A DNA stretch of 64,000 bases from Vicinamibacterales bacterium (GTDB taxonomy: Bacteria > Acidobacteriota > Vicinamibacteria > Vicinamibacterales > JAMQPK01): positions 52,339 through 116,338 of the forward strand of contig CAVUTO010000001.1 of NCBI GenBank assembly GCA_963744405.1, given 5' to 3'. The translations under genes and the position numbers were made by a program. Shown here in pieces: positions 10,201-19,258 of this stretch (position 1 is its first letter; each line of letters begins with the position of its first letter). Under the pieces are notes generated by a model. It did not search any database and had not been told where the DNA came from. It worked only from the letters and a program-made list of their open reading frames with translations.

Positions 10201-10841
10201 GTCGTCCACAACCGCTGTTCGAACGGTGCGGCGGGAGTCGCCGACACGCCGTCGACGGAAAGATCCCACCCGCCTTCCTGACCGCCGCCGATGACGATGT
10301 TTCCGCGGCTGCCGTCGCCGCTCGTCCCGGACTTCACCTCCGGCGCGATCAGGCTCAGATCCAGCGGCGAGCGGAGCTGGCCGCCGACGACGAGCGGCAG
10401 ATCCTGGATGAACTTGCTGCTGATCGCCGAGGTCACCTTCACGCTGTCGGTCTGTATCTGGCGGACCTCAGAGGTCACCGTCACAGCATCGAGCAGGGCG
10501 CCGACGCGAAGCTGCGCGTCCACGCGAACGGTGCTGCCGGCAGTGACCTCGATGTTCTCGAGCGTGGTCGTTTGAAAATTCTGGACGGTGACGATGACGA
10601 CGTAGCTGCCGACGGGAAGTTGGGTGATGGTGTAGGAGCCTTCGTTCGAGGTCGTGACCTGCCGCTCGAAGTTGGTAGCAACGTGCACGGCTTTGACGGA
10701 GGCGCCGGGAATGATCGCGTCTGATTGATCGGTCACCTGCCCGGTGAGAGTTCCGCGATCGCCTTGAGCGTGAACCGCGGCGACACTCGCGAACTGGAAT
10801 ACGACGACAAGGAGGCACGCCTGGAGGGAACCACGAAACAT
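7265..10841 (-). CDS. TonB-dependent receptor (CarboxypepD_reg type), split by one frameshift as assembled
   Basis: The 289-aa ORF (9972-10841) holds the signal peptide, GTLTGQVTDQSDAIIPGASVKAV and the plug. The 898-aa ORF (7265-9961) holds the barrel, ending LRFEF. The junction reads ...NRPEAP|LEQHDFGGVFGGPVM if one base is removed from the G5 run at 9987-9991 (C5 on the coding strand). Confidence 0.85.
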
Positions 10842-10988
10842 AGCCGCTCCTTTCGATGCCGATGTAATCGATTACCGATGGAGTAAGGTCGTTACCGCGT
10901 ATCCTGAGCCTCAACCGCAGCGGTGTCAAGTCAACCTCACGTCAACCTCACGTGGACATCTCATGCGCTCGACGGTATCTTGTCCTTC

Positions 10989-11807
10989 ATGGAACGAAGA
11001 GGCTTTCTCCTGTCTGGCCTGATTGCCGGCGGATTCTCATCGCTGTGGAACGAGCGCGCAGAAGCGGCGGGGGCGCAAGGCACCAACGTCCCCGAAAAAG
11101 CGCGAGGCATGCAGTTGCTCGTCTTCGACACCTTCGGCACCGTCGTCGACTGGCGGTCGTCGGTAATCGCCGAGGGAGAGCAGCTCGGAAAGGCCAAGGG
11201 ACTGAAGGTCGACTGGGCCGCCTTCGCCGACGCATGGCGCGGCGGGTACGGTCCGTCGATGAATCGCGTACGAACCGGACAGCTTCCGTGGACGAAGCTC
11301 GACGCCCTGCATCGCATGGTGCTCGACGAGTTGCTGGTGAAGTTCAAGATCGACGGGCTGTCAGAAGAGGAGAAGGTGCACTTTAATCGCGCCTGGCATC
11401 GCCTTCGCGCGTGGCCCGACTCGGTCGCCGGTTTGACACGCCTGAAGAAGCGATACGTGATCGCTCCGCTGTCGAACGGGAACGTCTCGCTGCTGACGAA
11501 CATGGCGAAGTTCACCGGGCTTCCGTGGGACGTGAACCTGTCGACGGAGCTGGTGCGGCACTACAAGCCCGACAAGGAAACTTACCTGATGCCGGGCGAG
11601 TTCTTCGATCTGCCGCCGTCGGGCGTGATGATGGTGGCGGCGCACCCCGGTGATCTGGACGCAGCGCAAAAGCTCGGCCTGCGCACCGCCTACGTCCACC
11701 GGCCGCTCGAATTCGGGCCGGCCCGCACGCCGACCGCGCCGGCCCAGGGCCGCTACGATTTCATGGCCAAGGACTTCCGGGAGCTTGCGACCCAGCTTGG
11801 CCTCTAG
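10989..11807 (+). CDS. Haloacid dehalogenase type II-like HAD hydrolase with a twin-arginine signal
   Basis: The start is taken at ATG 10989: MERRGFLLSGLIAGGFSSLWNERAEAAG (RRGFL Tat motif). The HAD motif I context is LLVFDTFGTVVDW, and SNGN is a motif-III-like string. Confidence 0.85.
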   Translation: MERRGFLLSGLIAGGFSSLWNERAEAAGAQGTNVPEKARGMQLLVFDTFGTVVDWRSSVIAEGEQLGKAKGLKVDWAAFADAWRGGYGPSMNRVRTGQLPWTKLDALHRMVLDELLVKFKIDGLSEEEKVHFNRAWHRLRAWPDSVAGLTRLKKRYVIAPLSNGNVSLLTNMAKFTGLPWDVNLSTELVRHYKPDKETYLMPGEFFDLPPSGVMMVAAHPGDLDAAQKLGLRTAYVHRPLEFGPARTPTAPAQGRYDFMAKDFRELATQLGL

Positions 11808-14146
11808 TCAGTTGGTACGGAGTTGCTGCCGGAGCCGTTCCGGTGTGAACGGCACTTGTCGAAGGCGCGTGCCGGTGGCGTCGAAAATCGCGTTGCCGAT
11901 CGCCGCGGCCGTGACGGTGATCGACGTCTCCCCTGCCCCGCACGCTTCCGCTTCCATCGTGTTGATGAGCACGGTCTCGAGCTTGGGAATCTTGAATCCG
12001 ACGGGGAACGTCCTGTACGTGCGCCAATCCACCGACGTCACCTTCTCGTCGTCCCACATCACCTCTTCGAACAACGCGCGGCTCATGCCGTGAAGCGCGC
12101 CACCTTCGGCCTGATTGCGAAGGCCGTCGGGGTTCGAGATGGGACCGGAGTCGAGCGCCATCACGAGACGTTTGACGTCGACCGCGCCGGTGTCGAGGTG
12201 GACGTCGACTTCGGCGACCATCGCGCAGTAGCCGTTGTCGCCTTCATATAAGACGCAGGCGATGCCGCGGCCGGAGTCACATCCCGGTTCCGGTTCCGGT
12301 TCGGTCGGTTCCGGTTCGGGTGACGGGCCGCGCCTGCCAGTTCGCGGCTTTCGCGGCTGCCTGCACGACTGCCTTCAATCGCGGGTCGCGGAGATGGCGC
12401 AGCCGATACTCGCACCGGATCCGCCTTTCGCGGCCGCGGCAAGCTCGTCCATCATGCATTCGTGAGCAAACGTATTCTGCAGACGGTTCGGCGAACGGAG
12501 CGGGCCGGTCCAGAACGGCGATTCGACCACGCGCGAGAGCATGCGCTCGCACTTGACGGTGCCGGTGCCGCCGGCAGACGCCGCCGACCGTGCCGGTGAC
12601 GTAAGACGGCACGACGTTTTGACCGTTCGCCAGCGGGCCGGTCGGCGGCCGGCGCCGGCGATCGCGGCAGCGAACGGCGCCGGCTGGAAGCCCGCAAGAA
12701 ACCCGGTCACCTGATTGCCCGGGCTGCGTATGGCCGGGACGACCCCCGCGCAATCGGAGACCACGCTTCGTAATCCCACGCGATGATGTTGCCTTCCGCG
12801 TCGAGGCCGACGCGCTGATCGACGACGAACGCGAGGCCGAAGTTTTCGTGCGCCATCTCGTCTTTGCGCGAGAGCTGCACCCGCACGGGACGGCCGACGG
12901 CCTGCGACAGCATCGCCGCGTCGTACGAAACCGTGTCTGCGCCGTTTATGCCGTAGCAGCCGGAGCCGCGCGCGTAAATCACCTTGACCTGCTGCGGTTT
13001 CATGCCGAGCACCATCGCACAGCTGTCGCGCTGCGGATAGACGCCCTGCGTCGGCGACCAGACGGTCGCGCTGTCTGCTTTCACATCCGCGACGGCGCAC
13101 GACGCACCGATCGATCCGTGCATGTGATACGGATGCAGATATGTCGAGCGCACGATTTGTGCCGCCTTCGCGAGCGTGGCATCGACGTCTTTCGAGTCGA
13201 CGAGAAACGTATCGCGGCTCGGCAGCCTGCGCATGTGATCGTAGAAGCTCGCCTGAGGCGGAAGCTTCGGACCGGGCTTCCACGTCACTTTGAGTCGGTT
13301 CGCCGCTTGCACCGCCTGCCATTGCTTCTCGAAGACGACGCCGACGAAGTCTTTTTTCACCACAACTCTTATGAACCCGGGCATGCTGCTGACTGAGCTC
13401 TCGTCGACGCTTTCGACGGCCGCCCCGACGGTGGGCGGACGCACGACCCGGCCGTGCACCATGCCGGGAACGCGCACGTTGTGCACGTATTCGAACCGGC
13501 CGGTCACCATCTCGGGCATGTCGAGACGTTTCACCGGGTTGCCGAGGATCGTCCACTCGCGCGGCACCTTGCGCTTCGCCGCGGCATTGAGCGACAGGTT
13601 GAACTTCCTGCCGCCTATCAGATCGCCGTAGCTGATCGCCTTCGCGTCGTGACGAACAACGCCGTTTTCAGCCGTCAGCCGATCGACGGGCACACCCCAC
13701 TGGGTCGACGCCATCTGCAGCAGCGCTTCGCGCGCGGTCGCGGCTGCGAGCGCGAGATTCGCGTGATTGAAATTCTGCGGATGCGATTGCGCGCCGGAGG
13801 TCACTCCCTGATCGGGTGTCGTGCCGGTAATGCACTCAATCAGCTTGACGCGATCGACAGCAACGCAGAGCTCTTCGGCCACCAGCTGCGTCTGCGCCGT
13901 GTAGAGCCCCTGCCCCATCTCGCACTTGCCGGTGAGCGCTGTGACCGTGCCGTCCGCGTTGATCGCGATCCAGCCATCGAGCTCTTTGGGCGGATTGCCG
14001 ACCAGGGTGGCGACTGCTTGCCCAAACACATCGGTTGGCGTGAGAGCAAAGCTCACGACGAGCGCGCCGGACGCTTTCAACATCGCGCGCCGCGACACTC
14101 CCGAATCCCCAATCCCTAATTCCAAATCCCAACGGGCGTCGGTCAT
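11808..14146 (-). pseudogene. Molybdopterin-binding large subunit of an IorB/aldehyde-oxidase-type oxidoreductase; at least 4 frameshifts as assembled
   Basis: ATG 14146 overlaps the small-subunit stop (ATGA). The Tat signal is VSRRAMLKASGALVVSF. The body lies in the 536-aa ORF down to about 12750 (GKCEMGQGLYTAQTQLVAEEL, MHGSIGASCAVA). The text then continues in other frames: SRVVESPFWTGPLRSPN, LRHLRDPRLKAVVQAAAKAANWQAR, PEPEPTEPEPEPGCDSGRGIACVLYEG. The C-terminus is the 137-aa ORF 11808-12221. Confidence 0.85.
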
Positions 14147-14611
14147 GCCGCACCCCCGTTCGCGTATCTCTTGACCGCCGCGATCATGCGCTGGTGCGTA
14201 AAGCAGCGGCACAACACGCCGGACAACGCCTGCTGAATCTGATCGTCGGTCGGCTTCGGCGTGCGATCGACGAGCGCCTTGGCCGCGAGGATGACGCCGC
14301 TCAGGCAGAAGCCGCACTGCGCGGCCTGCTCATCGATAAATGCCTGCTGAATCGGATGGGGCTTTTCGACCGTCCCCAGGCCTTCGAGCGTCGTGATCTC
14401 GCCGCCGGCCACAGCCTTCACGGGCGTGACGCACGACCGGATCGCCTGGCCTTTGACGATGACCGTGCAGGCGCCGCACTGCCCGAGGCCGCAGCCAAAC
14501 TTCGGGCCATTGAGCGCCAGCTCGTCGCTGAGCACATAGAGCAGCGGCGTGGACTCGATCGACATCGACGGTCTGCGGCCGCCCGTTGACCCGCAGATTT
14601 ATTCTGGCCAT
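14143..14611 (-). CDS. (2Fe-2S)-binding small subunit (IorA-type), one frameshift near its 5' end
   Basis: ATG 14611 gives MARINLRVNGRPQTVDVD, then the frame changes near 14558 (gtcgat-c-gagtcc). It continues as ESTPLLYVLSDELALNGPKFGCGLGQCGACTV...QCGFCLSG...CRC, which are typical [2Fe-2S] Cys clusters (140-aa ORF 14143-14565). Confidence 0.85.
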
Positions 14612-14688
14612 GCAGAAAAACTAGCACAGGAACGGCCGAAAGCAGAGGCATTAAGTGGAGGGCCGTTAACCGCGCTAAACTGTTGACT

Positions 14689-15504
14689 ATGAGCTTCATT
14701 GCAAAGCCGTTCGTCGCCGTCCTTGCCTTCTGTTCGTATCGCCTCGCCGCTGCGTCGCGGCGGAAGGATTTCTGATGGTCGAGCAAACGGTCATGGGCTC
14801 GGCCACGCGGTCGAGCCAGGTGCAGCTCGAGCGCGAGCGCATGCGGGCGGAAATGAGCGGTCCTACGGGCGACACGCAGATCATCGTCTTTGACGGGCCG
14901 CAGCAGGTGCTTCGTATCATCAGCCCCAGCCGCAAGACCTACTCCGAGATGACCAAGGCAGATGCCGACCGCATGGGCGGGCAGATGGCCATCGCAATGG
15001 CGGCGATGAAGGAGAAGATGGCCACCATGCCGCCCGAGCAGCGCGCCAAGATGGAGGCGATGATGGCGCAACCTCGGAGGCGCCGCGCTGGGGCGGCGAA
15101 GCCCGAATATCGCCGCACCGGCAGCGACAAGGTGGGCAAGTGGGCGTGCGACAAGTACGAGGGCTTCAGAAACGGCCAGAAGGTTTCAGAGGTCTGCACG
15201 GTCGAGCCGAAAGTCCTCGGACTGACGATGGCCGACTTCGAGGTCACCAAGCAGGTGGCGTGCGTTCTTCGAGAAGATACTGCCGAAGGCATGGACCAGA
15301 TGCGTCGGCATCGCCACGTTCGAAGCGCAGGGGTTCAGCGGCATTCCCGTCCGCCGTGTTGCCTACAACGGAGACAAGGTGCAGGCGATCAGCGAGGTGA
15401 TGGACGTGAGACGCGAGAACTTCGCCGGCGTCATCGTACGAAGTGCCCGCCGGATTCAGAAACAGGCGGTGGGGGGCAGGAAGCCAGGTGAGAGTCCAAA
15501 GTAG
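14689..15504 (+). pseudogene. DUF4412-like exported protein, at least 3 frameshifts; 3' end uncertain
   Basis: The signal peptide MSFIAKPFVAVLAFCSYRLAAAS runs from ATG 14689 and stops at 14773. The text continues in the frame of ORF 14775 (EGFLMVEQTVMG...KVGKWACDKYEG). After about 15250 the sensible reading FEKILPKAWT..GIATFEAQGFSGIPVRRVAYNGDKVQAISEVMDVRRENF is in another frame, and YEVPAGF is in a third. Confidence 0.55.
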
Positions 15505-15522
15505 AAAGTGCAAAGCCGCTAG

Positions 15523-16432
15523 TCAGCGCTTCCGCACCAGCTTCCGCACGTTCGTGCCGTTCACTTCGCCGATGTAGATCGCGTCGTTCGCGTCGACCGT
15601 CACGGCCGTGGCGTTTTTGAGCCCGTCGATGCGCTCGAGAATCCTGCCGTCCTTCGTGCTGACGATGAGCAGGCAGTTGGCTTCGGTGCCGTCCACAACG
15701 TAGAGGCGGTCGTCCTTCACGAAAACGCCCCACGGCGTGCTCAGGTGGTTCCACTGCGTAAGGAACTTGCCGCTCTGATCGAACACCTGCACGCGCTTGT
15801 TGCGGCGATCGCCGACGTAGAGGCGGCCATCCGAATCGATCGCGATGCTGTGCGGCTCGTCGAACTGACCCGGCTCGGTGCCCTTGCCGCCCCACCAGCT
15901 GACGAACTTGCCGTCCTTTGAATACTTCACGACGCGCGTGTTCGTGCTTTCACCGTCGGCGATGAAGATGTCGCCGTTCCTCGCGATGACGAGATCGGCC
16001 ACGCCGTTGAACGCATCGCGCGACTCGTTTTCGCCGACGACCCCTTTCTGGCCGAGCGTCATCAGCAGCTTGCCGTCGGGACTGAACTTGAAGACCTGAT
16101 GATCGCCCCTGTCGGTCACCCAGACGTTCCCCTCGCGATCGGTCCTCAGGAAATGCGTCGTCTTGAACATCCCCTGGCCCCAGGCCCTGCAGGAATTTTC
16201 CGTTCTTGTCGAACGCCATGATCGGCATCGACTCGTTGCGATGGAAGACGTAGATGTTGCCGTTACGCTGGTCGATGTCGACGCCGGTGGCGGCACTCCA
16301 GGCGGTGACCCCTTCGGGAAACGTCGCCCAGTTCTCGACGACCTGGTAAGTGCTCTCGGCGTTCTGCGCGTGCGCAGCAGAGGCAAGGCAAAGAATCGCG
16401 ACAATCGCAGCGAGGACGCGTGCACAAGTCAT
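15523..16432 (-). CDS. Secreted NHL-repeat beta-propeller, paralog of 482-1579; one frameshift as assembled
   Basis: ATG 16432 gives MTCARVLAAIVAILCLASAAHA. The text runs ...FDKNGKFLQ then WGQGMFKTTHFLRTDREGNVW once one G is removed from the run in ctgcagggcctgg (about 16185). The rest is the 300-aa ORF with blades such as EPHSIAIDSDGRLYVGDRRNKRVQVFD. Confidence 0.8.
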
Positions 16433-16489
16433 GGACGTTCCTTTCGGTGAGCCGAACGTTAGCGCTGAATGGCGTGCCCTGTCCACCGT

Positions 16490-16573
16490 GTCGTCACCGC
16501 AGAGACGCAGGGGCGCAGAGTTTCTTTTTCTTGAAGAAATTCTCCGCGTCTTCGCGTCTTTGCGGTGAAGACA
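16490..16573. repeat. REP-like palindromic element, family copy 3
   Basis: gtcgtcaccgcagagacgcaggggcgcagag - tttctttttcttgaagaaat - tctccgcgtcttcgcgtctttgcggtgaagac. It lies just downstream of the DUF1080 gene stop (16583). Confidence 0.8.
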
Positions 16574-16582
16574 TAGAAAGAC

Positions 16583-17143
16583 CTACAGTCTCCGAATCTG
16601 CACGTTCCGAATCTTGATGTCCCCGCCCTGATACTGCAGCGCGATGGGGCCGCTCTTCAGCGTGCTGTCGTGGGCATCGACTGTCTTCGTGCCGTTCAAC
16701 ACCACGACGATGTGGTCGCCGCGGATGGTGATTTCGTACGTGTTCCACTTGCCTTCCGCGTTGACGATAGCGATGGGCGGCGCGTAGTTCGGGATGCCGC
16801 CCGTGCGTCCTGACTGATCGGGACGGTTGTCGTAGACGTTCGCCTCGTAGCAGGTCTTGTCGGTGATCTTCGTTCCGTCGAGGCAGCGCATGTAGACGCC
16901 GCTGTTGCTCTTCGGTCCGGCGTAGAACTCGACCTTGATCTCGAAATCGGTGTAGCTCTCCTTCGAGACGAGATGCCCGGCCCCCATGGTGGCCTGGACG
17001 ACTCCGTCAGCGATCTCCCAGTTGGCGGTGCCGACCTGGTTGAAGTTGCTCAGGTCCTTGCCGTTGAACAGGGTCACCCAGTCGCTTTTGGCCTGGGCGG
17101 AGAGCGCGAACAGCGCGAGTGCGATGATGGACAAGCGTTTCAT
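16583..17143 (-). CDS. DUF1080 (3-keto-disaccharide hydrolase-like) secreted protein
   Basis: The start is taken at ATG 17143 with RBS ggaggt upstream: MKRLSIIALALFALSAQAKSDWVTLFNGKDLSNFNQVG...IALQYQGGDIKIRNVQIRRL. The longer 348-aa track ORF is an out-of-context 5' extension. Confidence 0.85.
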   Translation of the reverse strand: MKRLSIIALALFALSAQAKSDWVTLFNGKDLSNFNQVGTANWEIADGVVQATMGAGHLVSKESYTDFEIKVEFYAGPKSNSGVYMRCLDGTKITDKTCYEANVYDNRPDQSGRTGGIPNYAPPIAIVNAEGKWNTYEITIRGDHIVVVLNGTKTVDAHDSTLKSGPIALQYQGGDIKIRNVQIRRL

Positions 17144-17145
17144 GC

Positions 17146-18048
17146 CTACCTCCGTTTTCTTGCAGGTTTTTTCGTCTTCTTCTTCTTCTGGCCTTTCGTG
17201 GCCTTCCTGATCGTCGTCTTCGTACTCTTTCCCTTCGCGGCGGTCTTCTTCACGCTCTTTGCATCCCTGGCGGGCGCCTCTTTCTTCTTCGAATGCGCTG
17301 CGAACATCGCGCCCTGGGGATCGACGCCCGTAAACACCCAGCTGCCACCCGGTACCTCCGCGGGCCCGTGGGCGATGCTTGCACCGTGCTCTTTTGCGAT
17401 CTCGGCGGTGCGCCGCGCGTCGGCGACCATCACGTACGGAATCCAGAGCGGACCGCCGGACGGCAGTCCGCCTGGATTGAACAGGCCGCCGAGCTGGTGG
17501 CCGCCGGTACCAAAAATCTGATAAGTGCCCTGCGGTCCCATGTCCATCGCTTCCATCTTTTCCCAACCGAACAGCTTCGAGTAAAAGTCGAACGCGGTCT
17601 GCCAGTTGGTCGTCATCAGCTCGTGCCACGAAAAATCGCCGAGCTGCGGATCCTTATAGCGGGAGCGCTGCTCCTGCGATGACACCGCAAACGACGCGCC
17701 TTGCGGATCCTGCAGGTGCGCCATGCGGCCGACCGACGGCACGTTGTAGGCCGGCACCACGACCTTGCCGCCGAGCTCGACTGCCTGCCGCACCGTGGCG
17801 TCTACATCGGGGGTGCCGATATAGCTCAGCCAGCTGGGTGGCGGCGTCGCCACGTTGGGCAATTCGGTAATCAGGTAAAGCCCGGCCTTCGATTCGCGCC
17901 TCGTAACAAACAACTTGTAAGCCGGGTTCTGACTCCAGTTTTCGGCTTTCCATCCGGCGACCTTGGCGTAGAAGGTTTCGCCCGCGCTCAAGTCGCTCGT
18001 ACCCACCTCGTGCCACACAAACAGACCGCGATCAGAGGATGTCGGCAT
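17146..18048 (-). CDS. Two-domain VOC (glyoxalase/bleomycin-resistance fold) protein with a C-terminal lysine-rich tail
   Basis: 300-aa ORF with two VOC-like halves (FVWHEVGTSD...GRMAHLQDPQGASFAV and FSWHELMTTN...WVFTGVDPQGAMFAA). The tail is KKKEAPARDAKSVKKTAAKGKSTKTTIRKATKGQKKKKTKKPARKRR. Confidence 0.75.
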   Translation of the reverse strand: MPTSSDRGLFVWHEVGTSDLSAGETFYAKVAGWKAENWSQNPAYKLFVTRRESKAGLYLITELPNVATPPPSWLSYIGTPDVDATVRQAVELGGKVVVPAYNVPSVGRMAHLQDPQGASFAVSSQEQRSRYKDPQLGDFSWHELMTTNWQTAFDFYSKLFGWEKMEAMDMGPQGTYQIFGTGGHQLGGLFNPGGLPSGGPLWIPYVMVADARRTAEIAKEHGASIAHGPAEVPGGSWVFTGVDPQGAMFAAHSKKKEAPARDAKSVKKTAAKGKSTKTTIRKATKGQKKKKTKKPARKRR

Positions 18049-18130
18049 GGGCAGAGATTATAATGAGCATCTTCGGCGCGCGATCGGCGTCAAAACAAGG
18101 CAGAAACCCCACAGTTTGTCCTACATACCT

Positions 18131-19258
18131 ATGAAACCCGAGCAGAATCGCATCTTTCTCGTTACTTTTCTACTATTTGCGACCATCTCATGCGGCGGCG
18201 GCGAGGGGGCGGCAGGCGGCGCCGCAGGCGCTGCCGGGGCCGAGATGCCTGCGATGGCCGTCGATCTCGTCACACTCGAGGCTAAACCGATCGAACAGAC
18301 GACCGAGTTTGTCGGAACAGTGAAATCGCGCAGATCGACCGATATTCAGCCGCAGGTCGAGGGGTTCATCACGCGGATTTCCGCAAGGCCCGGGCAGCGC
18401 GTGGGCGCCGGGACGCTGCTGATGGAAATCGATTCGCGCGTGCCCCAGGCGCAGGTAGCGGGCCTCGAATCGGTGCTCGCGCAGCGCGAAATCGACGTCA
18501 CCTATGCACGGCAGGAGGCCGAACGCGCGGCAAAGCTGCTGAAGGCGGGCGCCGCCAGCCAGATGGAGGCCGAGCGCGCGGCGAATGACCTGAAATCCGC
18601 GGAAGCGCAGCTGCGAACGGTGCAGGAGCAGATTAGAACGGCGCGCACCGATCTCGGCTACTACCGTGTGACCGCGCCTACGACGGGGATCGTCGGCGAC
18701 ATTCCCGTCCGCGAAGGCGATCGCGTCACCAAGGCCACCAAGCTGACGTCGATCGATGCGAACGCCGGCCTCGAGGTGTACCTGAACGTGCCGGTGCAGC
18801 AAGCACCCAAACTGCAAGTCGGCCTCCCTGTACGCATCGTCGACGATACAGGCGCGACGATCGCCGAAGAAAAGATCTCGTTCATCTCGCCATCGGTCGA
18901 CGAACGGACGCAGACGGTCCTGGTGAAGACGCCGGTAACGGCGCCGGGCACACTGCGCACCGATCAATACGTGCGCTCGCACGTCATCTGGACAACAGAG
19001 CCCGGACTGACAGTGCCGGTGACGGCCGTCACTCGCATCAACGGGCAGTGGTTCGCATTCGTGGCCGAGCCGGGCGAAGGCGGCAAAGGTCTGGTTGCTA
19101 GACAACGGTCGCTTCAACTCGGACCGGTCGTCGGCAACAACTACACGGTCGTGGGCGGATTGAAGCCCGGGGAAAAACTCATTGCGGGCGGCATACAAAA
19201 GGTCCGCGACGGCGCGCCGGTGCAGGCGGCCCCTCGAGCTACCGGCGGAGGCGCGTAA
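18131..19258 (+). CDS. RND efflux periplasmic adaptor (membrane fusion protein), lipoprotein
   Basis: The start is taken at ATG 18131: MKPEQNRIFLVTFLLFATISCGG (lipobox-like). It has a coiled-coil hairpin and barrel strings. The stop overlaps the RND start (TAATG at 19256-19260). Confidence 0.9.
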   Translation: MKPEQNRIFLVTFLLFATISCGGGEGAAGGAAGAAGAEMPAMAVDLVTLEAKPIEQTTEFVGTVKSRRSTDIQPQVEGFITRISARPGQRVGAGTLLMEIDSRVPQAQVAGLESVLAQREIDVTYARQEAERAAKLLKAGAASQMEAERAANDLKSAEAQLRTVQEQIRTARTDLGYYRVTAPTTGIVGDIPVREGDRVTKATKLTSIDANAGLEVYLNVPVQQAPKLQVGLPVRIVDDTGATIAEEKISFISPSVDERTQTVLVKTPVTAPGTLRTDQYVRSHVIWTTEPGLTVPVTAVTRINGQWFAFVAEPGEGGKGLVARQRSLQLGPVVGNNYTVVGGLKPGEKLIAGGIQKVRDGAPVQAAPRATGGGA

